A stretch of DNA of 47,073 nucleotides, from IMG/VR virus record IMGVR_UViG_3300008255_000185, positions 1 through 47,073 of that record; one strand, given 5' to 3'. The stretch comes from a virus. Lineage: Duplodnaviria; Caudoviricetes. This document shows, piece by piece, positions 17,003 through 25,233 of this stretch. The notes below the pieces were generated by a model. It was given only the letters and a program-made list of their open reading frames with translations. It made no database searches and had not been told where the DNA came from. The position numbers were made by a program, and so were the translations under genes. The first letter of the stretch is position 1. Each line of letters starts with the position of its first letter.

Positions 17003-17424
17003 CTGACCACCCTGCGCTCCCGCCATCAATCCACGCCGAGCTCGACGCCGCCTTCCGGATCGGACCGCTGATCTCCGAGGCCGCGGCCGCGCGGGTAATC
17101 GGCTTCTCAGCCGACAGCTTGCGCCGGGAGCGCGAAGACGGAAAGATCAGCTACCGCCTCCGCCGCAAGCGGCGCGTCTACGCCCGCGAGGACATCGAGG
17201 CCTATCTCGCGGAGGATCGCCAGTGTCAGTCTACCGGCCCAAGCGCAAGGACGGCTCGCTCAAATCGCCGTATTACCAGTTCGATTTCACGATCACCGTC
17301 CACGGCGAACGTCGTCGCGTTCACGGATCGACGGGGGAGCGAACTGCTGGAGCGGCTAAAAAATTCGAAGAGAGGGAACGCCGCAAGGCGCTCCGCGGCG
17401 GACCCAACGACCATCTCACACTGA
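16999..17424 (+). CDS. Excisionase-like HTH protein
   Basis: 'SEAAAARVIGFSADSLRR...YAREDIEAYL'; C-terminus overlaps the int start, as is common for xis/int pairs. Confidence 0.7.
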   Translation: MTDHPALPPSIHAELDAAFRIGPLISEAAAARVIGFSADSLRREREDGKISYRLRRKRRVYAREDIEAYLAEDRQCQSTGPSARTARSNRRITSSISRSPSTANVVAFTDRRGSELLERLKNSKRGNAARRSAADPTTISH

Positions 17425-19160
17425 CCGAGGCGATCGAGCGCTACGCCCTTGAGGTCCTGGCCGAAAAGCGCGGCGGCCTCGACACCGTCATCGGCCTGCA
17501 GCATTGCGAGCGCCTGTTCGGCGGCGATCGGCGACTGGCCAACATCACCGCCGGCGACATAGCCGAGGTCGTCCTGCGCCGCGCCGCCGAGACCAAGGGC
17601 ACGAAGAACCCGAAGCTCATCGCCGGCGCCACCGTCAACCGCAACATCATCGAGCCGATGCGCGCGCTGATGCACCGTGCATCACGGGTCTGGGGCGTCG
17701 GCTGCGAGCCGCACCGGATTGACTGGACGGCGCTGCGGCGGCGCGAGGCGCCGCCCCGAGATCGCGAGATGACCGAGGCCGAGGCCGAAGCATTCTGGCG
17801 CGAGCTGCGGCTGGACTTCCACCCCTTCACGGCCTTCCTCCTGTCGCGCGGCCTGCGCCTGCGGGCCGCGCTCGATCTGAAGAAGCTCGACGTCGACCTG
17901 CCCAACCGGCGCATCCGCGTATGGATCAAGGCCAAGGGCCTCACCTGGCTCGCGATCTCGGATTTCGATGCCGATCTGATCGCCGCCGAAATGAAGCGCT
18001 CGCCGCTGCCACAAGTCTGGACATACGAGGTGCAGCGCGGTCGGGAGAAAGGTCTGCGCCGTCCGCTCACGGCCGACGGCTATCGCCGCAGCGAGGAGAC
18101 GGCCCTGCGCCGTGCCGGCATCGAGGACTTCCGCCGCCACGACATGCGACACGACTTCGCGACGAAGCTCCTGCGCGCGACCCGGGATCTGCGGCTCGTC
18201 CAGGAGGCGATGAACCATTCCGACATCACCTCGACCATGCGCTATGCGCACGTTCTCGACGAGGATGTGAGGAAGGGATTGAATGCGATGCCCCGGAATA
18301 GTCCCGGAATGCTGACGCGGGCGAAGAAGCCTGAGACAACCGCGGCAATAAGGCCGCCGATCCACACGCCCCATTCGGAGATGAAATCAGGGTCCGTAGG
18401 AACCGCCATTGCCACAGGCCCCCTTGTCGTGAAGAATCCGGGTGAGGCTGTAGAGGGCGAGCATCGACAGCATGAAGTACGTCCAGATGCCGGTGGACAG
18501 GAGGCCGGTCAGGAAGAACGAGATGGCGAAGCCGGTCGTCAGCATCGCGTAGACGATGACGCCCATGAAGGCGCAGGCCGCGCGAACGGTCGATGTAACG
18601 GTCTCTTTCCGGCCATTGTACCAGAGCCCCAGCAGCCACGAGGCGCCGAGGATGGCGACGGCCGATCCGGTCCCGACCTCGCCTATCGCCCGCTCGAATG
18701 CGCGATAGCCGGGGCTCTCGAATGTCCGGCTCGGGTGAAGGAGCGCCAGCCCCCATCCGAACAGAAGCCATGCCGAGAACCATTCAGGCACCCGGCTATG
18801 GTTCTTCCGGCTGATGGAGATGAAGATCATAGGATCGCTCCCGGGATTGCCAGTTCCAGAAGGGCGAGAGCGGTGAGGAACACCACCACCGCCCAGAGCG
18901 CCCAGCGCCAGACAGTCAAGATTTGGCCTTCTCGATCTGCCTCTGCATGTGCGGCACCACCAGGTCAGCGATCTTGCTGTCCGACAGCCCAAGCTTCTTC
19001 ACCGTGTCCGGCACCGATGACTTCACGTAGGAGACGGCCGCACCTGCGGCGTCAGACGTCACCGCGGGCATGGTCCGCGAGCCCCCTGCCCGTGCGATGG
19101 CCGTCAGCGCCGCATTCTCCAGCGCCGATTGCAGGAGTTTCGCTCGCGCCTCATCCTTGA
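17223..19160 (+). CDS. int: Tyrosine integrase (recognisable domain ends about 18330; no stop until 19160)
   Basis: Catalytic R (GLR), HDMRH, NHSD, TMRY motifs; about 276-aa extension is antisense to lysis genes. Confidence 0.85.
   Translation: MSVYRPKRKDGSLKSPYYQFDFTITVHGERRRVHGSTGERTAGAAKKFEERERRKALRGGPNDHLTLTEAIERYALEVLAEKRGGLDTVIGLQHCERLFGGDRRLANITAGDIAEVVLRRAAETKGTKNPKLIAGATVNRNIIEPMRALMHRASRVWGVGCEPHRIDWTALRRREAPPRDREMTEAEAEAFWRELRLDFHPFTAFLLSRGLRLRAALDLKKLDVDLPNRRIRVWIKAKGLTWLAISDFDADLIAAEMKRSPLPQVWTYEVQRGREKGLRRPLTADGYRRSEETALRRAGIEDFRRHDMRHDFATKLLRATRDLRLVQEAMNHSDITSTMRYAHVLDEDVRKGLNAMPRNSPGMLTRAKKPETTAAIRPPIHTPHSEMKSGSVGTAIATGPLVVKNPGEAVEGEHRQHEVRPDAGGQEAGQEERDGEAGRQHRVDDDAHEGAGRANGRCNGLFPAIVPEPQQPRGAEDGDGRSGPDLAYRPLECAIAGALECPARVKERQPPSEQKPCREPFRHPAMVLPADGDEDHRIAPGIASSRRARAVRNTTTAQSAQRQTVKIWPSRSASACAAPPGQRSCCPTAQASSPCPAPMTSRRRRPHLRRQTSPRAWSASPLPVRWPSAPHSPAPIAGVSLAPHP
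18242..18409 (-). pseudogene. Apparently truncated membrane protein gene of the lysis cassette, fused to antisense int sequence
   Basis: AAGGGG RBS, MAVPTDPDFISEWGVWIGGLIAAVVSGFFAR, then reads into the int reverse strand. Confidence 0.55.
18292..18310 (+). repeat. Tandem CCCGGAAT direct repeat, candidate integrase arm-type sites
   Basis: CCCGGAAT at 18292-18299 and 18303-18310 (11-bp period) at the int 3' end. Confidence 0.5.
18387..18830 (-). CDS. Four-TM membrane protein, holin-like
   Basis: Four hydrophobic segments; GGGAG RBS; lysis cassette. Confidence 0.7.
   Translation of the reverse strand: MIFISISRKNHSRVPEWFSAWLLFGWGLALLHPSRTFESPGYRAFERAIGEVGTGSAVAILGASWLLGLWYNGRKETVTSTVRAACAFMGVIVYAMLTTGFAISFFLTGLLSTGIWTYFMLSMLALYSLTRILHDKGACGNGGSYGP
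18827..18919 (-). CDS. 30-aa TM peptide (MTVWRWALWAVVVFLTALALLELAIPGAIL)
   Basis: TTGA and ATGA overlaps at both ends; entirely hydrophobic. Confidence 0.5.
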   Translation of the reverse strand: MTVWRWALWAVVVFLTALALLELAIPGAIL

Positions 19161-19272
19161 TGACGTTGTTCGCCTTCAACCAGGCGATGGCTGCCGGGAT
19201 GGCGATCGTCGTCAGCACCGTGGCGAGCAGCGGCAGGATGACGGCGAGCGTGATGTCGATGGCGTTGTTCAT
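18916..19272 (-). CDS. Holin-like protein (N-terminal TM, LL-H-like layout)
   Basis: N-terminal TM, 'YVKSSVPDTVKKLGL' C-terminus; AGGAG RBS. Confidence 0.7.
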   Translation of the reverse strand: MNNAIDITLAVILPLLATVLTTIAIPAAIAWLKANNVIKDEARAKLLQSALENAALTAIARAGGSRTMPAVTSDAAGAAVSYVKSSVPDTVKKLGLSDSKIADLVVPHMQRQIEKAKS

Positions 19273-19275
19273 GGA

Positions 19276-19593
19276 TCAGGTCTCCTTCTGTGCGAGGGAC
19301 TGTGCCGCCAGCACGTCGGCATAAGCGGCGGAAGCAGCGGCCAGTGCGGTCGCGGCATCGGTTGGCGGATTGGCGCAGATGCGCGTCACCGTCTGGTGCG
19401 CGGCGAGTTCTCGCTGGACGAGGCTGCTGCGGACGTATCCGGTGCTCATGGCCGCGAGGAACACGGCGTGCGCCAGCGGCTCGAACTGGCAGATCCGGGC
19501 AAGCTGCGCCGAAACCGGCACCGGGATCTTCGGATTGGCTGAGACGCAGCCGGAGAGAGCGGCGGCGCAGGCCACCAGTGCGATCGGCTTCAT
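19276..19593 (-). CDS. Lipoprotein of the lysis cassette (spanin-like?)
   Basis: Signal peptide with lipobox LSGC; follows endolysin. Confidence 0.65.
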   Translation of the reverse strand: MKPIALVACAAALSGCVSANPKIPVPVSAQLARICQFEPLAHAVFLAAMSTGYVRSSLVQRELAAHQTVTRICANPPTDAATALAAASAAYADVLAAQSLAQKET

Positions 19594-19611
19594 GGCCGGG
19601 ATCCTTTCGGG

Positions 19612-20334
19612 CTAGAGGCGGGCGGCCTGGACATGCATCCAGTCGAAGTTCCGGGCGCGGCCGAGCGACAGCCACCCCTCGTCCTCCCAGCACTTCCAGA
19701 AAGGCAGTGCGTCCGCCTGAGAGAGACGGGCGCGCGGCGCCTTCCATTGCAGCTGATTGCGGATCGGATCGAAGTCGATCGCGATGCCCCACGAGTGCAT
19801 CGAATAGGCGGACCCGCCGCGCATCCGGCGCACGTTGAGCGAGCCCCCGAACAGGTGGAGGCCGAGGTCTTCGCGCTCGCGGGTGGAGTAGATGCCGGCG
19901 AGCCGCTGGAACACGCGCTCAGCCGATTTCGCGACCTTCTCGTGCATGGTGATCCGGCGGATGCGAACGCTCTTGTCCCACGCCAGGACCATGTCGAACG
20001 GGATGTCGACGCGGGTCTGCCGAGTGCCGACGGCGCCATAGAAGCTCGGCACGTTCCGCTGGCGCGGCCATGTATTTTTGACCATGCCGGGTGCCGCATC
20101 CAGTTCGGTATCGCGGTCGGGGAGATCCGCCATCGTCGCGGGCGATACAGAAGATGCGGAGGCCCGGAGCGCCTTGACCACCTTCGCGTCGGCCATGCCA
20201 TCGACGGTCAGGCCGTGGGCACGCTCGAATGCCTTGAGTGCGGCCAGCGTGACGGGACCGATGATGCCATCGATTGCCCCGCACGGGTATCCGTGGGCGG
20301 TCAGCCGGCTCTGCAGCCACTGTTCAAAGGTCAT
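19612..20334 (-). CDS. Endolysin: PG-binding domain + M15 peptidase
   Basis: 'DGIIGPVT..ALKAF...GLTVDG' PGBD; 'SMHSWGIAIDF' and 'DWMHVQ' Zn-peptidase motifs. Confidence 0.9.
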   Translation of the reverse strand: MTFEQWLQSRLTAHGYPCGAIDGIIGPVTLAALKAFERAHGLTVDGMADAKVVKALRASASSVSPATMADLPDRDTELDAAPGMVKNTWPRQRNVPSFYGAVGTRQTRVDIPFDMVLAWDKSVRIRRITMHEKVAKSAERVFQRLAGIYSTREREDLGLHLFGGSLNVRRMRGGSAYSMHSWGIAIDFDPIRNQLQWKAPRARLSQADALPFWKCWEDEGWLSLGRARNFDWMHVQAARL

Positions 20335-20355
20335 GGACCATCTCCGTTGCGGGCA

Positions 20356-20389
20356 TGAAAAAGCCCGCCGCGGCTGGACCGGGACGGGC
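20356..20389 (-). terminator. Intrinsic terminator upstream of the endolysin
   Basis: GCCCGTC...GGCGGGC followed by TTTTTCAT. Confidence 0.6.
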
Positions 20390-20431
20390 GTGGAATTGGC
20401 GTGCTGAGCAGCGTCCTGCTATGGACGATCC

Positions 20432-20516
20432 GTCACGGTGGCCGCCCTTCCAGGGCACGCCCCACACAGCCGTGACAGGCCCGGCGGTGGAACCCCGAAA
20501 GCGATACTGTCGGGCC
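20432..20516 (+). ncRNA. Two-hairpin sRNA unit 1
   Basis: TGCTATGG -10 with TA at -12/-11; GTCACGG..CCGTGAC, A, GGCCCGGCGG..CTGTCGGGCC. Confidence 0.65.
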
Positions 20517-20555
20517 AACTTCGCTCCCCGCACTTCGGCATGCTATGCAAGGCCA

Positions 20556-20630
20556 GTCGCAGCTTCGGATGGCTCCTCGCTGCGGTCAGGGCCGGCAGTG
20601 CCTTACGGAGGGCGTAGGCGCTGCCGGTCC
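20556..20630 (+). ncRNA. Two-hairpin sRNA unit 2
   Basis: TGCTATGC -10 at the same spacing; GTCGCAGC..GCTGCGGT, CA, GGGCCGGCAGTGCC..GGCGCTGCCGGTCC. Confidence 0.65.
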
Positions 20631-20726
20631 GCCATACTTGCTGCCTCAAATGGCAGGACGGGTAGTTTGTGAGCCATCCACCAAAGTGGCCGTCGCACGC
20701 GCGCCGAGGAATGATATTCTTCCGTA

Positions 20727-20796
20727 GTTGCGGCGGGTTACCCTCTCGGACGCAACAGGCCCGGCAGCCCTCTGCAAGGATCCCAGCTGCCGGGCC
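20727..20796 (+). ncRNA. Two-hairpin sRNA unit 3
   Basis: TGATATTCT -10 at the same spacing; GTTGCG..CGCAAC, A, GGCCCGGCAGC..GCTGCCGGGCC. Confidence 0.65.
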
Positions 20797-20835
20797 GCCC
20801 TCAATCGGACATTATGCGCGCGCTACCGTTGGGCA

Positions 20836-20907
20836 GTCGCGGTGTTGTGAGACTCGCCGAGACTAGGCCCGGCGGCTTGCGCTGTGCCCACTCCCCGCTG
20901 CCGGGCC
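20836..20907 (+). ncRNA. Two-hairpin sRNA unit 4
   Basis: CGCTACCGT -10 at the same spacing; GTCGCGG..CCGAGAC, TA, GGCCCGGCGGC..GCTGCCGGGCC. Confidence 0.65.
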
Positions 20908-20913
20908 GCTCTA

Positions 20914-21951
20914 TCAGGGGGCAGTGGACCGGCTGTCCGTTCCCGCACTTCCGGACGGCTGCTTCAGTTCAAGCGAAGTCGTCGCGCCACCCGAGCGGGT
21001 CGCCTTGTGGGTCACGCTGACGATCCGGTATGTCCCGTCGATACCCGGTCGAGCGCCTGTCAGAACGAACGTGCCCTCCGCCTGCGCGTCGACGGCAAGG
21101 TCGATCTCCACACTGCCGTCGCCAGCATCGCGCTCGCTGTCCGACTTCCGGCCGTTTGCCATGCCGGCGGCCTGGTCTTCGTCGGCCGCCGTCATCCCGC
21201 GAACTTCATCAACGACATCAAGCGCCGCGTCGCCGCTCTCGACTTCGACTTCCCTGCTCTTGAACTGCGCCGAAGCCCTATCGAAGAACTTGACCCTAGC
21301 CTTGGAATAGCGCGGGCGCCCCTTGGACGGATCAATGCTGACGCTGAGGACATTGCCGGGGATGGTCCCGGTGACAGTCGGCATGGCGCCGCCCGTCGCG
21401 CTGGTGCCCTGCCCCCGCTTGGCAAAGACAGCCCGGTCGTTCCGGATCTTGAACGTAGCGCCCAGCTCGCGCGCAAGCTTCTGGCCCCAGCCGAGGAAAG
21501 ACGCCCCATCCGGCGACCAGTATGGCCGGGCGATGCTGGCGAACTCCGGATCAACCACGATGCCAGAGAGGCCCGCCTTCTGTGCCGCCTTTCCTAGCGC
21601 GTCCTGAAGCGTTCCGTCGTCGAGGTGCCAGAGCTGCGCTTCCTTGGCCTTGCCGCGTGTATCGAAGCCCTTGGCGTTCACGTCGAGGATGCGGCCGCCG
21701 CCACGGGTCATCGTCCATGGCGTTGAGTCCACCACGCCCTCGAATACCTTCACGCCCTGGAGGTAGACGACCACGTTGGCGCCGACTGCCGGCAAGAGGC
21801 ACTGCCCGCCCGTATCGTCGAAGGTCAGGTTGCAGGTATCGCTGGCGACGCCGTCCTTGTCGACGACGGTGATCGCGTGAAGGTAGGGGCGCATGTTCGA
21901 CAACACGTCCCGCCCGTCGATCGTGACGCGCCATTCCACCGTCCAGGCCAT
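20914..21951 (-). CDS. Baseplate hub, P2 gpD (late control D) family
   Basis: 'ITVVDKDG..SD', 'LARELGATFKI', 'DGTYRIVSVTH'; order U-X-D. Confidence 0.88.
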   Translation of the reverse strand: MAWTVEWRVTIDGRDVLSNMRPYLHAITVVDKDGVASDTCNLTFDDTGGQCLLPAVGANVVVYLQGVKVFEGVVDSTPWTMTRGGGRILDVNAKGFDTRGKAKEAQLWHLDDGTLQDALGKAAQKAGLSGIVVDPEFASIARPYWSPDGASFLGWGQKLARELGATFKIRNDRAVFAKRGQGTSATGGAMPTVTGTIPGNVLSVSIDPSKGRPRYSKARVKFFDRASAQFKSREVEVESGDAALDVVDEVRGMTAADEDQAAGMANGRKSDSERDAGDGSVEIDLAVDAQAEGTFVLTGARPGIDGTYRIVSVTHKATRSGGATTSLELKQPSGSAGTDSRSTAP

Positions 21952-21956
21952 CGCGA

Positions 21957-22181
21957 TTATCCGAACAGGGAAACGACGGCGCGGGCCGGGAAGCGTTCCG
22001 GGGCGGGTCGATCAGGAATGGTGATAACCGTGCCGAGCGGCAGGATCGGTCCCAGCGCTGCGAGCCCGGGATTGAGCCCCAGCGTCGTCTCGACCAGCGA
22101 CCGCCCGACGACCGGGCCGTATTCCCTCGCGAGGATGGCATCGAGGACAATCCCCTCGCCGCGCACAGTGATCGTCTTCAT
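21957..22181 (-). CDS. Tail protein X (P2 gpX)
   Basis: 'LD.I..REYG...NPGLA..GPILPLGT.I.IP'. Confidence 0.9.
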   Translation of the reverse strand: MKTITVRGEGIVLDAILAREYGPVVGRSLVETTLGLNPGLAALGPILPLGTVITIPDRPAPERFPARAVVSLFG

Positions 22182-22621
22182 CGGCCAAGTGCTCCGAACA
22201 GCGACAGAAGGGTGCCGATGATATTGCCGGCGCTCGACGCACCCGGCGGCTCGATCTTCGTCATCTCGATCGTGTGCTTGACGGTAAAGCCGACGCCATC
22301 GCGCATCAGATCGCCGTGGCTTTCCCGGATGCTCTCGATCACGAACCAGCCGAACGCCTTGCCGTCACCCCGCATGACGGGGAGCCGGGTGCCGGATCGG
22401 CGAAACCCGTGCGCGGCTTCCAGCTCTGTCAGGCCCCCGGTTTTGGACGGCAGCAACTGCCCCGAAAGGGTGATCTTGTCGTCACCCTCGCCCATGAACT
22501 CGCGACCCGGCAGGCCACTGATCAGTGGCTTGACCGCGAAGTCGGCCGAGGCGCTGCGGTCCATCTCGTCCGCGTTGAACGGACGGGTATCCAAGGAAAG
22601 TGACCCAATCTGGTAGAGCAT
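22178..22621 (-). CDS. Tail protein, P2 gpU family
   Basis: 'EFMGEGDDKITLSG', 'GDG..FGWFVIESI'. Confidence 0.88.
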   Translation of the reverse strand: MLYQIGSLSLDTRPFNADEMDRSASADFAVKPLISGLPGREFMGEGDDKITLSGQLLPSKTGGLTELEAAHGFRRSGTRLPVMRGDGKAFGWFVIESIRESHGDLMRDGVGFTVKHTIEMTKIEPPGASSAGNIIGTLLSLFGALGR

Positions 22622-25167
22622 CAGAACCCCGGATGAGTGGTGTCGAACTGACCGCCGTCGATCGCATCCCGCACGGCCCGGCGAAACTCGTTGGCGATAT
22701 CGCTGGCGGTTGCGCTGGCGCCGCCCTGCACGATGATGTTGCCGAAGGTGATCGACTGCGAGCGTGGCTGATGAGCGCCACCGGATGACCCGACAGCAGG
22801 CAAGCCCTGTGGCGCTGGAATGTCGACGCCTCGGTTCATGCCGGCGATCATCGCCGCCGTATCGCGGGCGTTGATGATCCGACCATCGACGGGCGGGACG
22901 AAGAACTCCGGCCCGCGCTCGCCGACCCTATAGAGCGAGTTGCCCGAGACAGGGCCGCCGGTCGCTCTGCCTGGCACATCACCCGGCATGATCGGCTGAA
23001 GCGGATTGGCGTTGGCCGACCCAGCGCCCGCTGCCGTCGATCCGAACGCGCCAATGGACGAAACGGCTCGGCTCGCGCGACGGACCAGACCTTCAATTGC
23101 GGTGACCGCCGATCGAATGCCGTCCACAAGCGCGTTGAACGCCGCGATGATGTTCTCGAAGCTGGGCGCTGGGATCGTCAGGTTAGCGAAGAAGTCGATC
23201 AGCGGCTGAAGTGCAGCGCGAACCTGACCGGGGAATGCTGCAATGTCGGCAACAAACCCGCCGATGCTCTCGCCAATCGAGACGCCGAACGCGCGCCAGG
23301 ATGCAGCCGAAGCGTCGATCGGGCCGGTGATCCTGTTGAACCATCCGAACAGCGTCTCGACAGCCGACGACACCGTGTCGATGATTGCCCCCGCGCCGGG
23401 GAAAGCATTGCGGATACCCTCGCCGATGCCCCGGAACATCTCCGCGATGCCGGACCAGTTCTGATAGATCCACGCACCCGCCATGGCGATGCCGACAAGG
23501 ATGGCGCCGATGCCAGTGGAGATCAGGGCGATCTTGAGCGCCTTGCTCGCAGCCGTGACCAGCCGCATGGGAACAAGCGTTGATGCCAACGCTGCCGCAT
23601 AGCGCCGGAATGATCCACCTGCACCAGTGATGGCACCAGACGCCGCAGTCATGCCTGCTGTCATCTGACGGGATGCGTTGGCATTGGCCAGCGCGGTCGC
23701 CGACATGCCAGCGATCATGGCCTTGGACGCATCAGCCGCCTTGCCTGCCGACAGCGCCGCCGCGTTCGCCATGGAGAACCCGCTGAACGCAGCGCGGCCC
23801 GCAACCTTTGTCCGAGTGCCGAAGATCGACATGGCGCCGGTGGCCGCAGCAACCGCGGCCCCCACGCCTTTCAGTCCGGCGATGGCCGTAGAGAGATACG
23901 CTCCCCGCATCCAGAAGAAGCTCCACTGCGCAGCAATGGCAGCGATGCGGAGACCGACGAGACCGGCAGTAAGCGCGACGACCGTGGAAGTCAGGCGCGG
24001 GTTGGCGTCAGCGAAACGGGCAATGGCGAGGGCGACCGGGCCAAGCGCATCCATGATGCCATTCAGTGCGGGAAGCAGCGAGGATCCGATGGCAATGCCG
24101 GCGGCTGTGACCTTGTTCGAAAACAACTGCATCGAGTTGGCGGTCGTCTCTGAGCGCGTCTCGAATTCGCGCTGTGACGATCCGAGATACTTCGCCTGGT
24201 CCGCGACGCTGCCCAGCGCCTTGTCGTAGAGCTCGATCTGCGTCACCAGGGGCGCAAGCGCGCGGGCTTCGTCGCCGAAGATTTCGGACAGCGTGTTGGC
24301 CCGAAGATGCGACGGCAACTCATTGATCCGCACGATGACATCGCGCAGCGTTCCAACCGCGTCTTCATTGAACCGCTTGGCGACATCCGTTGCGCTCAAT
24401 CCAAGAGCGAAGAATGCGTCCTTTTGCCGAGTGGAGGCAGACGCTCCTTTCGCCAGCGCACGCCCGACGTTCCGAAATGACGTCGCCGCTACTTCTGACT
24501 GAGCTCCGGCTGCGATCATTGCGGAGCCGATGGCAGCGGTCTCAGTTGCTGTGAAGCCATAATATTCGCCGGTTGCGGCGACCGTCCTCATGAACGCGAC
24601 AATCTTCGGGGCGGACGACGCCGAAGTGTTCGACAGATGGTTGATTGCGTCGGCCAAAACTCCCGTCTCTTCCACGGATAGGTTCAGCTGCGTCTTGATC
24701 TCGGCCAGCGCCTGACCGACTTCGCCCGCTGTCATGTCGAACGCGACGCCAACCTTCGCCGCGATCTCGGTAAATGCCAGCAGCTCATTGCCAGCCATAC
24801 CCGCCTGTCCTGCGGCCGCGACGATGTTTGCAATACCGTTGGCAGCGATCGGGATGCGGGTGGACATCTCAATGATGTCGGCCCCCATCTGCTTGAAGGC
24901 TTGCGGTGTCTCAAAGTCGACGACCTTGCGGACGTCGGCCATGGCGCTCTCGAACTCCACAGCCGCCATGATCGGCCCGCGAATTGCGCGGTAGAGCCCA
25001 TAGCCGACCGCCGTGACCTCGACCATCCGGCCGCGCATGGCATCGAGACGGCGGTTGTTCGCCTCAAGCTTCCCCTGCATGGTTGCCACGGACGCAGCGA
25101 TGCCGCGCGCCGGTGCCGTCACCTTGTCGATCAGGCTCAGTATCAGGGAGCTGGTGAGTGTAGCCAT
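22621..25167 (-). CDS. Tape measure protein (TP901 core)
   Basis: 848 aa, Ala-rich, 'FESAMADVRKVVDF', C-terminal 'RATGGPV...VGERGPE'. Confidence 0.92.
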   Translation of the reverse strand: MATLTSSLILSLIDKVTAPARGIAASVATMQGKLEANNRRLDAMRGRMVEVTAVGYGLYRAIRGPIMAAVEFESAMADVRKVVDFETPQAFKQMGADIIEMSTRIPIAANGIANIVAAAGQAGMAGNELLAFTEIAAKVGVAFDMTAGEVGQALAEIKTQLNLSVEETGVLADAINHLSNTSASSAPKIVAFMRTVAATGEYYGFTATETAAIGSAMIAAGAQSEVAATSFRNVGRALAKGASASTRQKDAFFALGLSATDVAKRFNEDAVGTLRDVIVRINELPSHLRANTLSEIFGDEARALAPLVTQIELYDKALGSVADQAKYLGSSQREFETRSETTANSMQLFSNKVTAAGIAIGSSLLPALNGIMDALGPVALAIARFADANPRLTSTVVALTAGLVGLRIAAIAAQWSFFWMRGAYLSTAIAGLKGVGAAVAAATGAMSIFGTRTKVAGRAAFSGFSMANAAALSAGKAADASKAMIAGMSATALANANASRQMTAGMTAASGAITGAGGSFRRYAAALASTLVPMRLVTAASKALKIALISTGIGAILVGIAMAGAWIYQNWSGIAEMFRGIGEGIRNAFPGAGAIIDTVSSAVETLFGWFNRITGPIDASAASWRAFGVSIGESIGGFVADIAAFPGQVRAALQPLIDFFANLTIPAPSFENIIAAFNALVDGIRSAVTAIEGLVRRASRAVSSIGAFGSTAAGAGSANANPLQPIMPGDVPGRATGGPVSGNSLYRVGERGPEFFVPPVDGRIINARDTAAMIAGMNRGVDIPAPQGLPAVGSSGGAHQPRSQSITFGNIIVQGGASATASDIANEFRRAVRDAIDGGQFDTTHPGF

Positions 25168-25179
25168 GTTTCCCCCAGA

Positions 25180-25207
25180 TTGACGACGCCGCAGCTATCG
25201 CTAACAT
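25180..25207 (+). promoter_or_regulatory. Promoter of the antisense moron
   Basis: TTGACG-N16-TAACAT followed by GGAGG RBS. Confidence 0.6.
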
Positions 25208-25233
25208 CCGGCTGGAAAGCACCGGAGGTAAGA

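Noticed and set aside
20432-20907. CRISPR mini-array interpretation of the hairpin units
   Set aside because: Repeats are not identical direct repeats at a regular period, the conserved parts are stems enclosing variable loops, each unit has its own -10, and no cas genes are present.
20432-20907. Self-targets for the sRNA loops elsewhere in this genome
   Set aside because: By eye I found no convincing long complement outside the array; a computational search is needed.
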